Below, piece after piece: positions 53,548-57,777 of a DNA stretch of 57,777 nucleotides. The stretch comes from Acidithiobacillus sp. (lineage in GTDB: Bacteria; Pseudomonadota; Gammaproteobacteria; Acidithiobacillales; Acidithiobacillaceae), in assembly GCF_023255755.1 (NCBI RefSeq), contig NZ_JAGDVS010000151.1:1-57777 (forward strand), in the 5' to 3' direction. The number at the start of each line of letters is the position of its first letter. Position 1 is the first letter of the stretch. Below the pieces are notes generated by a model. That model did not search any database and had not been told where the DNA came from. It worked only from the letters and a program-made list of their open reading frames with translations. Position numbers and translations under genes: made by a program.

Positions 53548-54636
53548 CTAACCCTGACGGCGGGCAAAATCCCGCATGAAGTCGACCAGCGCCCGCACCC
53601 CGGCCTCCGGCATGGCGTTGTAGATAGAAGCGCGCATACCACCCAGCAGGCGGTGTCCCTTGAGCTGGAGGAGCCCCTGCTCATCCGCCTCTTTCAGGAA
53701 TATCGCGTCCAATACCGCATCGTGCAAGGTAAAGGGCACGTTCATCTGCGAGCGGTTGCGGTGCTCGATGGCGTTGTTATAGAAGCCGCCAGAGTTATCA
53801 ATCGCCGCATACAGCAATGCGGCCTTACGCGCATTGACCTCCGCCATAGCGTCCAGCCCACCCAATTGTTTCAACCACTTGAACACCAAACCAGCCACGT
53901 AAATAGCAAAGGTAGGAGGTGTATTATGCATGGAGCCCTCTTTGGCATGCACGGCGTAGTCCAGCATGGTTGCAGTACCGGCTGGCGCATGACCGATGAG
54001 GTCTTCACGAACAATAACCAGAGTCAGACCGGCCGGCCCGATATTCTTCTGGGCACCGGCATAAATGAGGCCAAAACGGCTGACGTCCGCCGGCTTCGAG
54101 AGAATATGGGAAGAGGCATCACTCACCAGCGGAATATCGCCCAGTTCCGGGATAAAATCGAACTCCAGACCACCGATGGTTTCATTACCGGCAATATGCA
54201 CGTAGGCAGTATCGGCGCTAACCCGCCACTCCGATTGCAGAGGCACCACACGAGCCTGGCGATCCGCATTGCTGGCCGCCACTTCGACGATCGCAAAACG
54301 CCTGGCCTCGCTCATGGCCTTTGCAGACCAGATACCGGTCTGCACATAACTCGCCCGCCCATGACCACGCAGCAGGTTGATGGGAACCATGGCAAACTGC
54401 AAGGTCGCCCCACCCTGCAAAAACAGCACCCTGTAATGGGCGGGAATCTGCAGGAGGTCACGGAGGTCTTGTTCGGCCCCGGCGATAATCTGCATGTAGT
54501 CGGCACCGCGATGGCTCATTTCCATGACCGAAATACCGCGGCCATGCCAATCGAGCAGTTCCGCCTGCACCTGCTCCAGTACCGCATGGGGGAGCATCGC
54601 CGGACCCGCGCCAAAATTATAAACAGGATAGTTCAT
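53548..54636 (-). CDS. serC: Phosphoserine aminotransferase
   Basis: NFGAGPA, EMSHR, GAQKNIGP, GHRLLGGMRASIYNA. Confidence 0.98.
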   Translation of the reverse strand: MNYPVYNFGAGPAMLPHAVLEQVQAELLDWHGRGISVMEMSHRGADYMQIIAGAEQDLRDLLQIPAHYRVLFLQGGATLQFAMVPINLLRGHGRASYVQTGIWSAKAMSEARRFAIVEVAASNADRQARVVPLQSEWRVSADTAYVHIAGNETIGGLEFDFIPELGDIPLVSDASSHILSKPADVSRFGLIYAGAQKNIGPAGLTLVIVREDLIGHAPAGTATMLDYAVHAKEGSMHNTPPTFAIYVAGLVFKWLKQLGGLDAMAEVNARKAALLYAAIDNSGGFYNNAIEHRNRSQMNVPFTLHDAVLDAIFLKEADEQGLLQLKGHRLLGGMRASIYNAMPEAGVRALVDFMRDFARRQG

Positions 54637-54642
54637 TATGTG

Positions 54643-57180
54643 TTACTGGGGCAGATCAGTCTGCTCCCCCTCCTCTTCTTCTGTATCGGCAATCAATGCC
54701 AGTCCCGCCAATTGCTCGCCCTCGCCCAGGTTAATCAGGCGCACCCCCTGCGCATTCCGACCGGTGCGACGAATGCTGTTAATCGCCATACGAATCAGCG
54801 TGCCATGATCAGAGACCAGCATCAGTTCGTCCCGCTCCGTTACCGCCAGGGCGCCGACCACATCACCATTACGCTCGTTGGTCTGGATGGCAATAACGCC
54901 CTTCCCACCCCGGTTGGTGCGGCGGTATTCATCCACTTTCGTCAATTTACCATAACCATTGGCGGTAGTGGTGAGGATCACCTGACTGGAGTCCACCCAC
55001 TGTGCCGAGATCACCCGATCATTTTCTTCCAGACTGATGCCGCGTACGCCACGGGCGTTGCGACCCATGGCTCGGGCCTTCGCCTCGGGAAAGCGCACCG
55101 CCATGCCATGCCGAGTAAAGAGCATGAACTCGCGCTGCCCGTCGGAGAGGCCAACGGCGACCAGACGATCACCGGGGTCGAGGTTGATGGCATTGATCCC
55201 CTGACTGCGCGGTCGGGAATACTCCATGACCGGCGTCTTTTTGACGACCCCGAGGGAGGTAACCATGCAGACAAACTGGCCCTCGGTAAAGTCACGAACC
55301 GGCAACACGGCGGTAATGCGCTCCGTGGGTGCCAGCGACAGCATGTTGACAATGGGCTTGCCCTTGGCGCCACGACCTGCCTGCGGCAACTGATACACTT
55401 TTTGCCAGAAGACTTTACCGAGATTGCTGAAGAACAAACAATACGCATGGGTCGAAGCGCAGAACATGCGTTCGACAAAGTCTTCTTCTTTGGTGGTAGT
55501 GGCCATCTTGCCTTTGCCGCCCCGCCTCTGGGCATTGAAGACCGTCACCGGCTGCGCCTTGATATAACCGGCGTGGGTGAAGGTCACCACCATTTCCTCT
55601 TCGGTAATCAGATCTTCCGTCGAAATATCACCCGTGTCCGCCACGATCTCGCTGCGCCGGGCATCCCCGTACTGATCGCGGATGGCCACCAGCTCTTCGC
55701 GGATGACTTCCATCAGCCGGGTCTTTGAGCCAAGAATCTCCAGTAACTCACGGATGCGATCCAGCAAGGCCAGGTATTCATCGCGGATTTTGTCCTGCTC
55801 CAGCCCGGTCAGACGGTGCAAACGCAAATCGAGAATGGCCTGGGCCTGCAGCTCGGACAGATGATATCCGTCCGTTTGCATCCCCTCCGAGGGTTCGCCA
55901 CGTTCGACCAGCAGTGCCGCGACCATGCCCGGCTCCCAGGCCTTCGCCAGCATCTGCGCCTTGGCTTCCGCCGGGTTGGCCGCCGCCCGAATCAGGCTGA
56001 TGAGCGGGTCGAGATTGACCAGCGCCACCGCCAGGCCTTCGAGGATATGGGCGCGGTCGCGTGCCTTCTTCAGCTCGAAGACGGTGCGCCGGGTGACCAC
56101 TTCGCGGCGATGCTGAATGAAGGCCTGCAGCAGATCGCGCAGACCGAGGGTCCGCGGTGCCCCGTCCAGCAGCGCCACCATATTGATATTGAACACGCTC
56201 TGCATAACCGTGTGCTGGTAGAGATTATTCAGCACCACGTCGGCATTGGCATCCCGCTTGAGTTCAATGGCGATACGCATACCCGATTTGTCCGACTCGT
56301 CGCGCAGGTCACTGATGCCTTCCAGACGCTTTTCCTTGACCATCTCGGCGATGCGCTCAATGAGCTTGGCCTTATTCACCTGATAGGGCAGTTCGGTGAC
56401 GATGATGCTCTGCCGGTTGGATTTTTTGTCCGTCTCGAACTCGCAGCGCGCGCGCATGACCACTCGGCCCCGCCCGGTGCGGTAGGCTTCGATACTGCCG
56501 GCACGGCCATGAATAAAGCCTGCCGTCGGGAAATCCGGCGCCGGGACCAAGGTAAACAAGTCTTCGTCCGGGGTCTCGGGATCATCCACCAGCGCCAGAC
56601 AGGCACTGATCACTTCCGTCAGATTGTGGGGCGGGATATTGGTCGCCATACCGACAGCGATGCCGGCGGAACCGTTGATCAGCAGGTTGGGGATACGCGC
56701 CGGCATGACCAGCGGTTCCCACTCCTTCTCATCGTAGTTGGGACCAAAATCGACGGTCTCTTTTTCCAGATCCGCCAGCATTTCGTGGGCGATGCGGGAC
56801 ATGCGCACTTCGGTATAGCGCATGGCGGCTGGACTGTCGCCATCCACCGAACCAAAGTTACCCTGCCCGTCGATGAGCGGGTAGCGCATGGAAAAGTCCT
56901 GCGCCATCCGCACCATCGTGTCATAGACGGCAGTGTCGCCGTGGGGATGGTATTTACCGATGACGTCACCGACAACACGCGCCGACTTCTTATAGGGCTT
57001 ATTCCAGTCGTTGTTCATCTCGTGCATGGCGAAGAGCACACGACGATGCACTGGCTTGAGGCCGTCGCGGGCGTCGGGAAGGGCGCGGCCGACGATCACG
57101 CTCATGGCGTAATCGAGGTAAGACTGGCGCATCTCCTTTTCGAGACTGACAGGAATAGTTTCTTTGGCGAATTCGATCAT
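54643..57180 (-). CDS. gyrA: DNA gyrase subunit A
   Basis: [16 protein letters not shown] catalytic Tyr, GyrA-box QRRGGKG. Confidence 0.99.
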   Translation of the reverse strand: MIEFAKETIPVSLEKEMRQSYLDYAMSVIVGRALPDARDGLKPVHRRVLFAMHEMNNDWNKPYKKSARVVGDVIGKYHPHGDTAVYDTMVRMAQDFSMRYPLIDGQGNFGSVDGDSPAAMRYTEVRMSRIAHEMLADLEKETVDFGPNYDEKEWEPLVMPARIPNLLINGSAGIAVGMATNIPPHNLTEVISACLALVDDPETPDEDLFTLVPAPDFPTAGFIHGRAGSIEAYRTGRGRVVMRARCEFETDKKSNRQSIIVTELPYQVNKAKLIERIAEMVKEKRLEGISDLRDESDKSGMRIAIELKRDANADVVLNNLYQHTVMQSVFNINMVALLDGAPRTLGLRDLLQAFIQHRREVVTRRTVFELKKARDRAHILEGLAVALVNLDPLISLIRAAANPAEAKAQMLAKAWEPGMVAALLVERGEPSEGMQTDGYHLSELQAQAILDLRLHRLTGLEQDKIRDEYLALLDRIRELLEILGSKTRLMEVIREELVAIRDQYGDARRSEIVADTGDISTEDLITEEEMVVTFTHAGYIKAQPVTVFNAQRRGGKGKMATTTKEEDFVERMFCASTHAYCLFFSNLGKVFWQKVYQLPQAGRGAKGKPIVNMLSLAPTERITAVLPVRDFTEGQFVCMVTSLGVVKKTPVMEYSRPRSQGINAINLDPGDRLVAVGLSDGQREFMLFTRHGMAVRFPEAKARAMGRNARGVRGISLEENDRVISAQWVDSSQVILTTTANGYGKLTKVDEYRRTNRGGKGVIAIQTNERNGDVVGALAVTERDELMLVSDHGTLIRMAINSIRRTGRNAQGVRLINLGEGEQLAGLALIADTEEEEGEQTDLPQ

Positions 57181-57219
57181 GTGGAGACTGAGTACCCCTG
57201 ATTATTTTTTCAACGCGGC

Positions 57220-57228
57220 ATTATGCCA
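57220..57228 (-). promoter_or_regulatory. Putative extended -10 promoter of gyrA
   Basis: TG-G-CATAAT about 40 nt upstream of the ATG. Confidence 0.4.
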
Positions 57229-57236
57229 CAGCGGGG

Positions 57237-57777
57237 CTAAGCCTGCATGTGGCCAGCGGCCAGCGCCTGGAGCGCCGCCTGAAACCCCGGGCGCGCCACG
57301 CCACGCTCGGTGATAATGGCGGTGATCAGACTGGCGGGGGTGACATCAAAAGCCGGATTGCGCACTTCGACACCTTCTGGTGCCACCGCATGGCCCGCAC
57401 ATTGCTGCACCTCGGCGGCGGGGCGCTCTTCGATAACGATACCGCCGCCATCGGGCATGGCGAAATCCACCGTACTCAAAGGCGCCGCGACATAGAAAGG
57501 AATCTGATGATATTGCGCCAGCACGGCGAGGCTGTAGGTGCCAATTTTGTTTGCCGCGTCGCCATTGGCGGCAATGCGGTCGGCACCAACGATCACCGCA
57601 TGGATCAGGCCCTGTTGCATCAGATAGGCGGCGGCGCTGTCGGCATTGAGATGAAAGGGAATACCGTCCCTCTGCAACTCCCAGGCGGTGAGGCGCGCGC
57701 CCTGCAGCCAGGGCCTGGTTTCATCAGCATAGATATGGAGCTGCTTACCCGCAGAAATCCCTGCACGAATCACGCCC
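57237..57777 (-). CDS. mtnA: S-methyl-5-thioribose-1-phosphate isomerase (5' end truncated by the window)
   Basis: [42 protein letters not shown]. Confidence 0.95.
   Translation of the reverse strand, partial: GVIRAGISAGKQLHIYADETRPWLQGARLTAWELQRDGIPFHLNADSAAAYLMQQGLIHAVIVGADRIAANGDAANKIGTYSLAVLAQYHQIPFYVAAPLSTVDFAMPDGGGIVIEERPAAEVQQCAGHAVAPEGVEVRNPAFDVTPASLITAIITERGVARPGFQAALQALAAGHMQA

Noticed and set aside
56920-56950. Thr at the GyrA position equivalent to E. coli Ser83 (HGDTAVYD)
   Set aside because: Wild-type state in many proteobacteria; not evidence of quinolone resistance
53320-57201. 802-aa and 461-aa plus-strand ORFs
   Set aside because: Antisense shadows of pheA/serC/gyrA arising from codon bias

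Overview
Chromosomal window from an acidophilic iron-oxidising proteobacterium, most likely Acidithiobacillus (inferred from an iro-type HiPIP directly downstream of purA). Most of it is core genome: hfq-hflXKC-hisZ-purA; ppc-maf; a tripartite RND efflux operon; folD-ppk1; dsbG-like-pepN; a lexA-imuA-imuB-dnaE2 mutasome cassette with an SOS box; and one long minus-strand run from mtnA through gyrA, serC, pheA, hisC, DAHP synthase, tyrA, aroA, cmk, rpsA, ihfB, lapB, pyrF, pyrE, tig, clpP, clpX, lon, hupB, tRNA-Val and tRNA-Asp to ppiD. The left end is an AT-richer patch of small stress and membrane genes (DUF3309-like, CsbD). The best candidate for an undescribed system is an orphan ParA/MinD-family ATPase lying between polyphosphate kinase and a CYTH-CHAD polyP-binding protein, a possible polyP-granule positioning module. 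Other notable points are a palindrome over the iro promoter, a TetR-like operator with no local regulator, an internally deleted SIMPL-like pseudogene, a PpiD apparently lacking its parvulin domain, and lapB without lapA. I saw no CRISPR array, IS element or integrase. All family calls come from motif recognition by eye, not database searches.
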